Below are positions 13,433 to 26,147 of a stretch of DNA of 64,000 nt, piece after piece. A program made the position numbers and the translations under genes. Source of the DNA: Eledone cirrhosa (lineage: Eukaryota); the NCBI GenBank assembly GCA_964016885.1, contig OZ024763.1, forward strand, positions 23,250,001 to 23,314,000, in the 5' to 3' direction. A model generated the notes under the pieces. That model was not told the origin of the DNA. It did no database searches and was given only the letters and a program-made list of their open reading frames with translations. Position 1 is the stretch's first letter. Every line of letters starts with the position of its first letter.

Positions 13433-15367
13433 CAGGTGATGATAGTAGTGGTGTTGTTGTTGGTGATGGTGATGGTAGTGGTGTTGTTGTTGGTGATGGT
13501 GATGGTAGTGGTGTTGTTGTTGGTGATGGTGATGGTAGTGGTGTTGTTGTTGGTGATGGTGATGGTGATGGTAGTGGTGTTGTTGGTGATGGTGACGGTA
13601 GTGGTGTTGTTGTTGGTGATGGTGATGGTAGTGGTGTTGTTGTTGGTGATGGTGATGGTAGTGGTGTTGTTGTTGGTGATGGTGATGGTAGTGGTGGTGG
13701 TTGTGTTGATGTTGTCCATCAACAAAATCATCTACAAACACATCTCTATATAAATTTGAACGACTTCTGTCCGTCCATCCATCACACAATGTGGCTGTGT
13801 GTTTGTGTGTTTGTGTGAATGTATGTGTGTGTAAAAGGAAGGAAGCGGATGGGGAAAAATCTATAGCAAAACAGCAGCTGGCGTTCCATTTGCTACGCTG
13901 CATGTGAGTGTATGTCTGTGTTTGTGTGAATGTATGCATGTGTCTGTGAGTGTGTATTTTTGTAAGTGTGTCTGTGTACGCATCAACATGTTGAAAAATA
14001 TTCTAGTAGAATACACAACAATCTCCAATATCTGAGTGACTAAAAAATATCTGTAGAAGGGCACCCAGGGGTTTTTATGACCTGGCTGTAGCTAGGTCCC
14101 CTTAGAATATAAGATTAGAGGGCTGAAACACTTGCTTGAGGTGGGTTCTCTTGTCTGAAGCCCTTCTACTGTCCAGTTCCCCTGAGTTTCTTACCACCAG
14201 GCAGTGGTTTTCATTGGGAGTATAGTAACAAAATGGTTAGTGTTTTTATTTATCAAAATTTTAATGTAAGAAACTTTGTTAAGTTATGTTCCAAACACCA
14301 GCTTAATAAGTTAGTTATATTACTAAATCTCTCTAAATTCTTTATTATTTTCAAACTTATTTAAAAACCAGACAGTGTTTTCCATTAGAAATATGGTAAT
14401 GAAAGGGTTAAAATGTTTATATTTATCTAAAAACCTTCCATCATAATTTTATGTCAGAACCTTTGTTAAGTTATGTTCCAAACATCAGCTAAATAATGAG
14501 AAAGTTAGTTATATTACTTAAACCTTTCCAAATTGTTGATTATTTAAAAAATTATTTGATATTCTAATGAGTGAAACCAGTGAAAGAGTTTCAAGGTCGT
14601 GCCCCAGCATGGTCACAGTCCAATAAGTGAAAACACGTAGAGGAATAAAAGAATAAATAACTAAAGTATGAGAAATATCCAGGTGTCATTGTTATAAAAC
14701 TGTGGGAAATTATTTGGGTTCGTTAATATTATGGACAATTTTAACTAATTAGTTATTCTATTGTTAATTAATTGTTATTCATACCTTGTTCTTCTTCTTT
14801 AATTATTTCATTTTTTTTTTCATTTTTTTTACTGGTTTCAGTTATTTGACTGTGGCGATGCTGGAACATGGCCTTGAAGAGATTTTATATATATATATAA
14901 ATATATAAATATATATATATAATCCTCATCATCATCATCATCGTTTAACGTCTAATCTTCCACGCTAGCATGGGTTAGACGGGAATTGTCCCATTTGAGG
15001 CAAGATTGATCGGATGACCGTGTCTAGCTCGTATAGGACTATCTGGCAGGTTTTCTACGGCTGATATATATACACACATACACATAACTTAACTTTCTCA
15101 TTAAGCTGGTGTTTGGGACATAACTTAACAAAGGTTCTTATCTTACATAAAATTATGATGGAAGATTTTTAGATAAATATAACTTCCTCATTATTAAGTT
15201 GTTGTTTAGAGCAGTGGATTGGCAGTATCAGTAGAGGATTGGACAACATGCTTTACAGCATAGAGTTGCTGTCCTTTACACTCTGAGTTCAAATCCCACT
15301 GAGGTTAACTTTGCCTTTCATCTTATGGGGTCGATAAATAAAGTACCAGTAATGCACTGAGGTCTAT

Positions 15368-15595
15368 TTAACCCTTTAGCATTAACATTACTCTATATAT
15401 ACTATTATATTTTCATGGTAAAGGCTTTACCTCACATAATTATCTCACATAATATTGAGTCTATGAGATTTTGAAAGTATTTATTTTGAGAACAATACCT
15501 TAACATCAGTTTGAGCGACCAGTTACAGCCAGTTTCAACAGAGAGAGGTAGAGAATTCTGGCCGGTTTTGGCCGGTTGAAACACTAAAGGGTTAA
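15368..15595. mobile_element. piggyBac-like MITE inserted at TTAA inside a SINE
   Basis: SINE motif ...atTTAAtcgact is split with TTAA duplicated; termini CCCTTTAG / CTAAAGGG. Confidence 0.8.
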
Positions 15596-18500
15596 TCGAC
15601 TTTCCCCTCCTCCAAAAATGTTGGCGTTGTGCCTAAATCATTAGGTTAACTTTACCGTTCATCCTTACAGGGGTGGATAAAATAAAGTACCAGTGATACA
15701 CCGGGGTAATTGCTGGCCTTGTGTCAAAACTAGAAACAAGGGTGGTAGATTGGCAGTATCAGTAGAGAGTCGGACGCCATGCTTTGCATCATAGAGTTAC
15801 GGCCCTTTACGGTCTGAGTTCAAATCCTTCCGAGGTTAACTTTGCTTTTCATCCTTACGGGGTCGACCAAATAAAGTACCAGTAATACACTGGGGTTGAT
15901 TTAATCGAATTCCCCCTCCCCCAAAATTGCTGGCCTTGTGCCTATATAAGAAACCATGATTAAATTAGAAACAATTAATAAAGTACCAGTAACATTCTGG
16001 GGTCATTTGAATTAACCCCTTAAAGTATAGGGCGGTGGATTGGCAGTATCGGTAGAGGGTCGGATGCTTTGACACATAGAGTTACGGCCCTTTATGGTCT
16101 GAGTTCAAATCCTATCGAAGTTAACTTTGCTTTTCATCCTTACGGGGAGGTCGATAAAATAAAGTACCAGTAATACACTGGGATAATTGCTGGCCTTGTG
16201 CCTAAAGTAGAAACAATTATTTTTAATAAAGTACCAGTAACATACTGAGGCCAATTGAACTAATTTACCCCTTCTCTTCAAAAATATTGGCCTTGTACCT
16301 AAAATAGAAACCATTTTTTACACCCCCCCCCCCCTCAACCCACATCTCCACCCTAATTTCTGAACGATTCATTAAATCTCTTTGTCTTTTGTCTCCTACA
16401 AATAGATTTTCCCACCAATAAATTTATTATTCTCGTTAAATAACTTGTGAGGGTAAGTTTTTATTTTAGTTTAGTATTTTTTTAGTTACGTGTTTTGGTT
16501 CGGTTTTTGTATTAATGTTTTTTTTTAGGGAGGAGAGAGGGGAGAGGGGTGTTTTGTTGTGAATTAACTTGTGGTAAACTAATTAATATAACATTCAGGT
16601 GAAATAGTATATATATAATTAAGTATATATATATATATTTACATATGTACATACATATGTACACATACACATATATACATATAGACACACATTTATATAT
16701 ACATTCACACATATATGTACACACACACACATATATACATACAGACACACATTTATGTACACATACGCACACATACACATATACGCACTCACATATATAT
16801 GTACACACCCATTTACATATACATACACATATATATATATGTACGCACACATTTATAAATACATATACACGCATATATGTACTCACACACATACATATAT
16901 ATTCTCAGACCGGGTGATGTGTTGTTTCCTTGAGCAAGACACTTTATTTCACATTGCTCCAGTTTACTCAGCTGTAGAAATGAGATGATAGGGACTGGGG
17001 TCCCTATCATTCCACTGCAAAGTGGCCGTGGAGGTGCCATGGCAAAAAAGCACCCAGCCCACACTGTAAATGAGGTTGGTGTTAGGAAGGGCATCCAGCT
17101 GTAGAAATCAAGCCAGAACCAGTTCCCGTCCCACCCTTGCAAGCAGGGAAAAAACGGACGTAAAATGAAATGATGATCATCATCATCCTCATCATCATTT
17201 TACGTCTGCTTTTCCCTGCTTGCAAGGGTGGGACAGGTCCTATTCAGCGCAGCATCTCTTCACTTGTCACGGTCCTTCATCATCTCCTCATATATATATA
17301 TATTTATACACACTACAGTCTTTTCCCAGTTTATTGATGAATAAAATAGATAGAAACATGAATTCATTAGACTTCAAATAAATTGCTTTTTAATTTTGGA
17401 TAATTAATTAATATAAATATAATTGTTTCTACTTTTGGCACAAAGCCAGCAATTACCCAGTGTATTACTGGTACTTTATATTATCGACCCCATAAGGATG
17501 GTATGCAAAGTTAACCTCGGCGGGATTTGAACTCAGACCATAAAGGACCGTAACTCTATGTACATCGTTATCATCATCATCATCATAATCATTTAATGTT
17601 GCTTTTCCTGTTAGTAAGAGTTGGATGGTTCATCACATACCAAGTCAGTACTGAAACAGGGCTACTGACCTCCCAGACAGGCCATGGGAGCCCACATCTT
17701 GCTTATATACAGTCCCCCATTCTTCTTCATCCACTTATTCGTGAGAGGGTCATGAAGGGCAGAATCCTGAAACACTCCTTTCAGCAGGTCCTGTCAGAAG
17801 CAACCATCTCTAACTGAACTGGCTAGATACCCAAGCAAGACCAGCCAAGTTCATGGATGTTATCCAACCATCTTTGAGGTCTACCCCTGCGTCTCCTGCT
17901 GGTTGGTTTTGTCTGTAAAAATCTGGCTATTCTCTCACACTCTCTATCTTTATCTGGAAGAAATTTTCTGTATTCAGACCTGGAGAGGAGACGGACTCCT
18001 CTAGGTTTTTAAAAATAAAAAAATGCACTAGAAATGTCATATATAATGATAATTGTTTCTACTTTAGGCACAAGGCCAGCAATTACCAGTGCATTACTGG
18101 TACTTTATTTTATCGACCCCGTAAGGATGAAATGCAAAGTCAACCTCGGCGGGATTTGAACTCAGATCGTAAAGGGACGTAACTATGCTGGAAAGCATGG
18201 CGTCAAACCCTCTACCGATACTGCCAATCCACATAATTGTTTCTACTTTAGGCACAAGGCCAGCAATTACTCAGTGCATTACTGGTACTTTATTTTATCG
18301 ACCCCGTAAGGATGAAAGGCAAAGTCAACCTCGGCGGGATGAAAATGATTGTGTAGTGCTCATGTGCATTACAACTCATCAAGCGTTCATACAGAGTTAC
18401 CTCCCCTGTACTGTGTTGTCAGTCAATGAGTGTATTCTTGTATATATAATAACTTCTTTATTAATAAAAAATAATAATAATAATGATTGTGTACAGTGCT

Positions 18501-19009
18501 CAGGTGTACTACAACTCATCAAAGGTGCATGTATAGTACATAGAATAATGTACAAATGTCAGGAAAGTGAACAGTGTATGAGTCGTGATATACACACAGA
18601 TACACACACACACACATGCGTGCATGTATATGGAGGGGGAATATCAGGTGTAGTGTTGGAGAATTTCAAGAAGCATGGAGGTTTTGAAGGATGCAGTATA
18701 TCAATACGACAACCCTGCGAGCCCTCAGGAGTTACAAGATCAGGCATGTCAATGTGTGCTATATACCGTATGTCCCAGCGTCAGAGACTCTACTTTTTTC
18801 CTAAACGAAGTCTCAAAAATCTACCATGCGTCCTGGAGACCGAAGGTTGTTCGTTATTTTTTTTCAAATTTTTGGTTGTCAAATTTAGGGTGCTTCCTCG
18901 AGGACGAAGCGTCTTCGGCACTGGGAAATTGGTATTTACCAAAAGTTCAAAGTTTAAGGACTATTATTTTTAACTAACTCTACCTTTCCTTTCTTCTTTC
19001 TTTCAACAG

Positions 19010-19169
19010 CAAGAAAAGCCTGGTCCAGTCGTTGAGAAATGCTCAACTAGCTTCCCTAGGGGCCAGTCAAAACTCAAACCATTCCACAAATTCAGACTCC
19101 AGTGAAGGAAACAATGACCTAAGTGACAGTGTTGGTAGCAACACTGAATCAGGTTACACAACTGACCAT
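19010..19169 (+). CDS. Coding exon 3 (DKKSLVQSLRNAQLASLG...SGYTTDH)
   Basis: Long polypyrimidine tract ending tttcaacag|, donor CAT|GTAAGG. Phase 2 in and phase 0 out match both neighbouring exons; no stops. Confidence 0.8.
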
Positions 19170-19300
19170 GTAAGGACACAGTTTTCTTAATTCTAGTTAC
19201 AAACTGACCCCTAGACCACTAGATAGCCTCAACAATGAGACATGTATATGTATATATATATATATGTATATGTATATATATATGTATATATATATATATG

Positions 19301-19331
<31 letters not shown>

Positions 19332-19382
19332 GTATATGTATATATATGTATATGTGTATATATATGTATATATATATATATG

Positions 19383-19429
<47 letters not shown>

Positions 19430-19504
19430 GTATATGTATATATATATGTATATGTATATATATGTATATATATATATATGTATATATGTATATGTATATA
19501 TATG

Positions 19505-19549
<45 letters not shown>

Positions 19550-19660
19550 GTATATGTATATATATATATATGTATATGTATATATATATGTATATATATA
19601 TGTATATATATATATATGTATATATATATGTATATATATATATATATGTATATATATATG

Positions 19661-19697
<37 letters not shown>

Positions 19698-19734
19698 GTA
19701 TATGTATATATATATGTATATGTATATGTATATG

Positions 19735-19781
<47 letters not shown>

Positions 19782-20090
19782 GTATATATATGTATATATA
19801 TATCCTGACATTTGTACATTATTCTATGTACTATACATGCACCTTTGATGAGTTGTAGTGCACCTGAGCACTGTACACAATAATTTCATTATTATATTAT
19901 TTTTAAACTGACCAATAGAAAACATAGTTCCAATGACCTGATCTCATGATCGGCTCCTTTCATTCCAGTCTAGAATAGATACAAGTAAAAAGGGGGTTGA
20001 TGTAAAGTAGGAGGGCATCTATCTGGTTGTAAAACATTGCCTCAAAAAGTCCAGTCCAACCCATGCCAGCATGGAATATTCAACGTAAAA

Positions 20091-20130
<40 letters not shown>

Positions 20131-20419
20131 GATCAACACACACATATTTTTATCATATAAAAAGAGCGTTGGATTGGCAGTTTCGGTAGAGGGTCGGACG
20201 CTATGCTTTGCAGCATAGAGATATGGCCCTTTATGGTCGAGTTCAAATCCCGTCGAGGTTAACTTTGCCTTTCATCCTTACGGGGACAATAAAATAAAGT
20301 ACCAGTAATACACTGGGATAATTGCTGGTCTTGTGCCAAAAGTAGAAACAATTATATATAGAAATGACTTCTACAGGACTAGAATTGTTTCACTTGTATG
20401 AAATCATCAGGAATGTCAT

Positions 20420-22300
20420 CAGATGGTGTCCAACATTCATTGGGTGTCTTGACCTTCACCTATAACACCCTCTCATCGGTGGGTCAGCAATGGTGGCCAA
20501 ATTACAGCTCATTTTTTCCCTCCTAGCTTCCAGCTAATCTCCTCTCTCCTCCTCCAAAGCCAAAAAGAGGCCCTTTCTGCTATCTCCTCCATCCTGCAAA
20601 CTGCAGCCTTCTTCTCTCTTCCTGTCTTTCCAATGGCAGTGAGCCTTCTCCCTGCTGAGTGAGATGGGAATCCCCTGCAGGCCATCTCGACTGGGAATAG
20701 CCAAGCCTGCCAACCTTTCTCCCTAGACTCCTGCCAACCTTTCTCCCTAGACCCCTGCCAACCTTTCTCCCTAGACCCCTGCCAACCTTTCTCCCTACAC
20801 TCCTGCCAACCTTTCTCCCTAGACTCCTGCCAACCTTTCTCCCTACACTCCTGCCAACCTTTCTCCCTAGACCCCTGCCAACCTTTCTCCCTAGACCCCT
20901 GCCAACCTTTCTCCCTAGACCCCTGCCAACCTTTCTCCCTACACTCCTGCCAACCTTTCTCCCTAGACTCCTGCCAACCTTTCTCCCTACACTCCTGCCA
21001 ACCTTTCTCCCTAGACCCCTGCCAACCTTTCTCCCTAGACTCCTGCCAACCTTTCTCCCTACACTCCTGCCAACCTTTCTCCCTAGACCCCTGCCAACCT
21101 TTCTCCCTAGACCCCTGCCAACCTTTCTCCCTAGACTCCTGCCAACCTTTCTCCCTAGACTCCTGCCAACATTTCTCCCTAGACCCCTGCCAACCTTTCT
21201 CCCTAGACTCCTGCCAACCTTTCTCCCTACACTCCTGCCAACATTTCTCCCTAGACCCCTGCCAACCTTTCTCCCTAGACTCCTGCCAACCTTTCTCCCT
21301 ACACTCCTGCCAACCTTTCTCCCTAGACCCCTGCCAACCTTTCTCCCTAGACTCCTGCCAACCTTTCTCCCTAGACCCCTGCCAACCTTTCTCCCTAGAC
21401 TCCTGCCAACCTTTCTCCCTAGACTCCTGCCAACATTTCTCCCTAGACCCCTGCCAACCTTTCTCCCTAGACTCCTGCCAACCTTTCTCCCTACACTCCT
21501 GCCAACCTTTCTCCCTAGACTCCTGCCAACCTTTCTCCCTAGACTCCTGCCAACCTTTCTCCCTACACTCCTGCCAACCTTTCTCCCTAGACTCCTGCCA
21601 ACCTTTCTCCCTAGACCCCTGCCAACCTTTCTCCCTAGACCCCTGCCAACCTTTCTCCCTAGACCCCTGCCAACCTTTCTCCATAGACTCCTGCCAACCT
21701 TTCTCCCTAGACCCCTGCCAACATTTCTCCCTAGACCCCTGCCAACCTTTCTCCCTAGACTCCTGCCAACCTTTCTCCCTACACTCCTGCCAACCTTTCT
21801 CCCTAGACTCCTGCCAACCTTTCTCCCTAGACCCCTGCCAACATTTCTCCCTAGACTCCTGCCAACCTTTCTCCCTAGACCCCTGCCAACATTTCTCCCT
21901 AGACTCCTGCCAACCTTTCTCCCTACACTCCTGCCAACCTTTCTCCCTACACTCCTGCCAACCTTTCTCCCTAGACCCCTGCCAACCTTTCTCCCTAGAC
22001 TCCTGCCAACCTTTCTCCCTACACTCCTGCCAACCTTTCTCCCTAGACCCCTGCCAACCTTTCTCCCTACACTCCTGCCAACCTTTCTCCCTAGACTCCT
22101 GCCAACCTTTCTCCCTAGACCCCTGCCAACATTTCTCTCTACACTCCTGCCAACCTTTCCCCTACACCCTGGCACAAGTTCTTGATATTTGGCACTCTTT
22201 CGCTCCAAGGCGTTGCCACATTCTTTTTCCTATGGGACTGTGAGGTCAATCAGGATTACCTTTTTTATCCTGTCAGTATATGGTTATACTAATATGTGGT
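20420..22300 (-). mobile_element. HERO-like RLE non-LTR element fragment with an internal 24-bp tandem expansion
   Basis: KVILIDLTVP*E...[12 protein letters not shown][REKGWQxS][14 protein letters not shown]...AERASFWLW. Confidence 0.75.
20706..22165. repeat. 24-bp minisatellite, ~60 copies (CCTGCCAACCTTTCTCCCTAGAC[C/T])
   Basis: Directly visible; only about three polymorphic positions per unit. Confidence 0.97.
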
Positions 22301-22584
22301 TATCATGTCTTATTTGTCGAGATTTCAAACCTGTGCTCTCAGAAATTTAACTCTTTTGATACCAAAACACCTGAGACTGCCTCTAGTTTTAGGATACAAA
22401 ACTGTTTAATTTTAAGTGTTTTTATTTATCTAAAAACCTTCCATCATAATTTCATGTAAGAACCTTTGTTCAGTTATGCTCCAAACACCAGTTTAATGAT
22501 ATGAAATCACTTCAAAGCCTTGACTATTTTAAAATGATTTAAGAACCCTAGGTAGTGTCTTTCATTTGAAAAATAATCATGATG

Positions 22585-23170
22585 GTGCATGGCTTTGTGG
22601 TTAGGGAATTCAGCTCACAATCGTAAGGTTGTAAGTTTGATTCCTGGTGGTACATTGTGTCCTTAAGCAAGACACTTTATTTCATGTAGCTCCAGTCTAT
22701 TGTGTCCTTAAGCAAGACACTTTATTTCATGTAGCTCCAGTCCACTGTGTCCTTAAGCAAGACACTTTATTTCACGTAGCTCCAGTCCACTGTGTCCTTA
22801 AGCAAGACACTTTATTTCACGTAGCTCCAGTTCACTGTGTCCTTAAGCAAGACACTTTATTTCACGCAGCTCCAGTCCACTGTGTCCTTAAGCAAGACAC
22901 TTTATTTCACGTAGCTCCAGTCCACTGTGTCCTTAAGCAAGACACTTTATTTCACGTAGCTCCAGTCCATTCAGCTGGCAAAAGTGAGTTGTACCTGTAA
23001 TTTGAAGGGCCAGCCTTGTCACTTTCTGTGTCATGCCGAATCTCCCTGAAATTACATTATGGGTACGCATGTTTGTGGAATGCTCAGCCACTTGCATGTT
23101 AAATTCAGGAGCAGGCTGTTCTGTTGATCAGATCAACTGGAACACTCATCATTGTAACCTATGGAGTTCC
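22585..23170 (+). mobile_element. Second tRNA-derived SINE family with an internal 42-bp unit amplified ~7.5 times (22654-22970)
   Basis: A/B-box-like head, TGTGTCCTTAAGCAAGACACTTTATTTC core. Related copies at ~8930-9190(-), 9955-10075, 30605-30730(-), 34815-35045(-). Confidence 0.75.
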
Positions 23171-23571
23171 TTCCATAGTTATGAAATATTTAAAGTGTTT
23201 ATATTAATTTTAGAATGCTCCTGTCATAATTTTATGTAAAATCCTTTATTAAGTTATTTTCCAGACAATTTTTGTTTTTTTTTTATCATTTTATCATTGA
23301 TTTAATATTTCCCCAATTTCTTATATTTGACGACTTATTGAAAGTGTATTAATAGGTTATTGAAAGTGTATTGATAGATTATTCAAAATCTTATGTTTTA
23401 CTTTTATTTATATTTTTTTTTTTATTCTATTTCATATCAAATAATGGATCGATTTTCATAAAATTCCAATTCAAACCTAATCAATCACTCTTTGATAAAC
23501 AAAAAAAATATATATATCTATATATATATGGAAAAAATAAACGTTAAAACAAAAATTTTTTAAAATACCAG

Positions 23572-24795
23572 GAACTTTGTGAGAAAGAAACAGACAGCGA
23601 TTCAAAACCAGAATTTGATTTGGTATTGTCTGGTCTCAGTCTCAAAGAAAGCACAGCAAGGAATCGCAAACAAGATATCAAGATTCTTATACGAAACGTC
23701 TCCAACTTGAAGTATCTTCTACAGAAACATGCCGGAACCATCAACAGGCAGGAATTCCTCGACGCCAACAAGAAGATCCAACAACTCAACGAAGAGATAA
23801 AACAAAAGACTCGTAGCAAAGTTAAGAATTCAGAAAGTGACTCTAGCAAATCAAAGAAAGGCAACACAAGCACCACCTCTGATGACGGCAACAACAACAA
23901 AGATGGTAACACTAGCAGCAGTAGCAGTGGAATTGGTAGTGGAATCAGTAGTGGAGTTAGCAGTGGAAATAGTAGCGGAAACAGCGATGACAACAGCGAC
24001 AGTCATACATCAAATAATCCGATCTTCAGCCAGAAATCCAAACGGAAAAACATCCAGAGTAGCAAAAATGTGAAAGTTCTTTCTAGTATTGAAGAAACGG
24101 TGATGCGTTCTAGATCGTCGTCGAACAGCAGCATTGACTCCCTTCAAGAGATCGGGCGGCAGAATGAAAGGGTTCAAGGAATAATGAGAGAGAAGAGCAA
24201 CATAAATATAATATCTAAAAATGAAGACACGACCGCCACCGAAAGTGAGTTTCTGACCGAGAGCAGTGATGATGTTTTCTTCACAAATCAACTGAGCCAG
24301 ACATTGAGAAGAACTGTGGTCCCCAGTTCTTCGCCTTCGCCAGTCCCTTCCCACAACTCTCAAATGTCTAAAACGAGGAAGAAATCTAACATGAAGAGGG
24401 ACTCGGAAAGGGTTCTGACCCCAGGTCGTCAAGTCCGATTCAGTGAGTCAACCGAAACGCTCACCATGTCACCTCCTACGCCAAGATCTTCAGAGTATTC
24501 CTTCTCTGAAACAATGGAAATTCCAGTCAGACGTCATTTCTTTTACCAGAAACCCTATTACCCCCAGAACTGGACTCCAGTGCCAAGAAACGACTACGTA
24601 AGAATTACAAACCTAAAAACTCACGTTCTCAAGCCGATTGAACGTGTTTACTCCACCACAAATTACTCCACCACAAATTCAAACTACAGGACAAATTATT
24701 TTCCACAAAATGAATACTATCCAGGACAAAACCCTCAAAATATGTGGGATACTGGCAATTACCAATATGAGCCCAGCTACATGGAAGGTTATTAA
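23572..24795 (+). CDS. Large coding exon 4: short coiled-coil-like segment, then Ser/Asn-rich low-complexity tail
   Basis: Acceptor aaataccag|gaa (phase 0) is in frame with ORF 23620-24795. About 1.2 kb stop-free and non-repetitive. Ends at TAA 24793-24795, or splices at AAG|GTTATT (24787/24788). Confidence 0.8.
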   Translation, partial: ELCEKETDSDSKPEFDLVLSGLSLKESTARNRKQDIKILIRNVSNLKYLLQKHAGTINRQEFLDANKKIQQLNEEIKQKTRSKVKNSESDSSKSKKGNTSTTSDDGNNNKDGNTSSSSSGIGSGISSGVSSGNSSGNSDDNSDSHTSNNPIFSQKSKRKNIQSSKNVKVLSSIEETVMRSRSSSNSSIDSLQEIGRQNERVQGIMREKSNINIISKNEDTTATESEFLTESSDDVFFTNQLSQTLRRTVVPSSSPSPVPSHNSQMSKTRKKSNMKRDSERVLTPGRQVRFSESTETLTMSPPTPRSSEYSFSETMEIPVRRHFFYQKPYYPQNWTPVPRNDYVRITNLKTHVLKPIERVYSTTNYSTTNSNYRTNYFPQNEYYPGQNPQNMWDTGNYQYEPSYMEGY

Positions 24796-25590
24796 ACCAT
24801 CATCATCCAAGTTAACCCTTTAAAATATGAAGATCAAATAATTATCAATATAAACCCAGTTTTTTGAAGGGCTTTCATTAAATTAAACCATCAATCATCC
24901 AAGTTGACCCTTTGAAGTACAAAGATCAAGTGTTTATCAATATAAACCCAGTTTTATGAAGGGCTTTCATTAAATTAAATTATCCAAGTTGACCCTTTGT
25001 AATATGAAGATCAAATGACAAACACATCTACAGAGAAACATGAAATCGAAGATATAACATACAAAATGAAAATGAATGATTCTCAGAAGTTATGTTATTG
25101 TTGTTGTTGTTGTTACAGCTCACACCAATGTAGATTGAGCTGACCTTCTCCCACAAGAAGCCCCCAGTCCTATCATGTAGGTTCAGCTAACCTCCTACAA
25201 GAAGGCCCCAGTCCTATCATGTTGTCACAGCTCACACCAATGTAGGTTAAGCTGATCTCCTACAAGGTTACATCTCATAGAAATGTTCTTGGTTGTTTGA
25301 AAGATAGAGGCTCCCAGTCCTATCATGTTATAGTTCACACCAATGTAGGTTGAGCTGACCCCCTACAAGAGGGCCCCAGTCCTATCATGTTATAGTTCAC
25401 ACCAACATAATTTTATCTGGCCTACCACAAGATTGTACCTCATAGAAGGTGTTTTAGATGTTTTAATGATAGGAGCCCTAGTCTTACAATGTTGAGGTTA
25501 CAGCTCACACCTATGTAGGTTTAGCAGGCCTCTTATGAGGTTGTATCTCATAGGAGGGTTCTCAAGTGTTTTAATGACAGGGACCACAGT
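24796..25590. repeat. Two degenerate tandem arrays (~95 bp x ~2.5 at 24796-25020; ~60-120 bp units at 25115-25590)
   Basis: Recurring atccaagttgaccctt and cagctcacaccaatgtagg..cagtcctatcatg. Confidence 0.8.
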
Positions 25591-26064
25591 CCTACCCATG
25601 CTATCTCCAGCCAGTGCACCTACAGAATCACAAAGAGGGGCCACCCAAGTATGATGATCTTTGACATTCGATGTGGAAATTGTGAGCCAGTCACGAGTCA
25701 CACCAGCAATTTACCAAATCACACACAACTTTTCGTCCTTCATTTCGACAAAAGTATTGACATGATACAAGACCAAGACCGAAGCCAAGGTTAAGGTCAC
25801 AGCAAAGGTCAAGGTTGAAATCAAGGTCAACTTTTGAAGAAGACGGGTATAATGCTGGTTAAATTGACTGTAATGTATAACTATGATGAATAAAATGAAC
25901 GAGGCCCTTTTTTTTTTTGATTTGAAGCAATGTTTTACAGCCAGAGCCCTTCACTATACCAACCAGTTCTTTGTAATTGCCTCTTACAAAACTCAGGGAT
26001 AAAGTGTACCTATTTTAAATAACAAGAAGCATTTTAAGGCCCTTTTCCCTGCTTTTCATTACAG

Positions 26065-26147
26065 ATGTGTTCAACAAAGTTTTAGACACGTGGTGGAACA
26101 ACAAAAATAACAACCGAACTGTCCAACCAGTTATGACCAGTGACTAA
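26065..26147 (+). CDS. Candidate alternative terminal exon (DVFNKVLDTWWNNKNNNRTVQPVMTSD*)
   Basis: Strong acceptor ccttttccctgcttttcattacag|; phase 1 matches the donor at 24787; AATAAA at ~26194. Confidence 0.45.

Noticed and set aside
18185-18973. 262-aa ORF as a gene
   Set aside because: Chance read-through of antisense SINE and CR1 tail fragments inside intron 2.
20580-22208. 542-aa Arg/Gly-rich ORF as a protamine-like protein
   Set aside because: Alternative frame of the 24-bp array, entered through a 1-bp deletion near 22160 in a dead retroelement.
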